NCBI GenBank assembly: GCA_964016885.1
Contig: OZ024753.1
Span: 2,046,001 to 2,110,000, forward strand
DNA length: 64,000 bases
Direction: 5' to 3'
DNA from: Eledone cirrhosa
Taxonomy: Eukaryota
Shown here one piece after another: positions 62,750 to 64,000 of the stretch (position 1 is its first letter; the number at the start of each line of letters is the position of its first letter). Made by a program: the position numbers and the translations under genes. The notes beneath the pieces were generated by a model, which was not told where the DNA came from, searched no databases, and saw nothing but the letters and a program-made list of their open reading frames with translations.

Positions 62750-63438
62750 GATGATGTATGTGTGTGTGTGTATCTATACACACATACAAATTATATATAC
62801 ATGGAGAGAGAGAGAGAGAGAGAGCAAGCATGAGCATCTGGAGTGCTGCAGGCATCTCTTCATAAATTTTGCACGGCACATGTAAAATCATGATAATATA
62901 AACATAACGTTTTATTAAAATTGTGTAACATAATCTTACGGTCTCTGTTAATATGAACAAATTCATTTCTTTCTGTTTCTCATTGCTGCAGGCCACAATT
63001 TCTCAATAAAATTCTTATCATTGTAATATAAGGTGTATTCTGTACTACATATGATGTTGTTTGATAAATAAATCTTTTAGTGATGTGACTTGATGACCGA
63101 TGAAAAATATTATCCATTCCTGGTGTAGGTTTATAAGTACATGTGTGTGTGTGTGTGTATGTGTATAGGTGGTGACTTGGCAGAGTTGTTAGAATGTCAG
63201 ATAGAATGCTTTGCAGTATTGGTTCCGGCTCACTGATCACTGAGCTCAAATCTCGCAGAGTTCAACTTCGCCTTTCATACTTTCGAGGTTGATAAAAAAA
63301 AAGTACCAGTCTAGTATTGGGGTCAATTCTTCTTCTCTCTGGAAAAATCTGCTGTACTCAGGCCTGGAGAGGGGTGGGTTCTGCCAGGCTTAAAATGCCA
63401 GACCATACCATGTATGTTTTTATGCATGTATATATGTA

Positions 63439-63473
<35 letters not shown>

Positions 63474-63489
63474 ATATCGTAGGAGGAAA

Positions 63490-63940
63490 ACTGGGAGAGG
63501 GTTCTTGCCCTAGTGGTCAGGGTGACTGTGGAATTTTTCCTTTGTTTTCATTTTTTGTTACATCCTTTGTTTTTATTTTTTTTAAATATATAATTTTGTT
63601 TTTTTATGGCAGAAATTCCCATTTGTTCCACCCTGTACCGTCCTATGCTGTCCTTAATCTTATACTTTGTTAACACTTGTGATTAATAAAGAAAGCATCT
63701 GAGAGAGGGCGCTTGCCCTGGTGGTCAGAGTGGCTGTTGTCTTTTGTGTGGTTTTCCGCACAAGTGACTGTCGGAGCTTTCCCCCTTTTTGGAGAATTTT
63801 TGTTGTTTGAATTTTTTAATTTCTTTTTACACGTTTCTGTCTTGTCATAACCTTTTTACACAGCCAAAACCCACTTTGTATTGTCCTATGTCGTCTGTAA
63901 TGTTTTTCTTCATGTTAGCCATTGTGGCTAATAAAGAAAC
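63490..63940 (+). mobile_element. Two tandem 3'UTR-like pieces of a probable non-LTR element
   Basis: GAGAGGG..CTTGCCCT.GTGGTCAG start and TGTG..TAATAAAGAAA end occur twice; a similar end at ~26045-26062 also lies among microsatellites. Confidence 0.4.
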
Positions 63941-64000
63941 AATTATTTTTATTATTATTATTACTATTATTATTTATTGTTTTTTACCTGATCTTTAATT

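Overview
AT-rich, microsatellite-dense animal genomic DNA; the repeat landscape (tRNA-derived SINEs, RTE-type LINE tails ending in (GAT)n, TTAA MITEs, Helitron-like elements) suggests an octopus or other coleoid cephalopod (inference). Two head-to-head genes were reconstructed by eye from splice sites, phase continuity and remembered homology. NPHP4 (nephrocystin-4) is on + with 21 coding exons, 14825-53409, 1235 codons, and no C-terminal exons were found in the window. PIGP is on - with two coding exons at 12511-12598 and 10823-10895; its later exons are not in the window. Positions 1-10190, downstream of those PIGP exons and probably intronic, hold a ~0.55-0.8 kb-unit tandem array with 18 copies of a conserved core. 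By hand the core folds into an ~80-nt pri-miRNA-like hairpin with wobble and compensatory variation. The array flips orientation at a fold-back junction at ~2842 and has higher-order structure. NPHP4 has a paralogous second first exon (19442-19606), a coding 27-bp minisatellite, a GC-AG intron and a frame-incompatible candidate exon 22. All folds and homologies are by eye or from memory and need computational confirmation.
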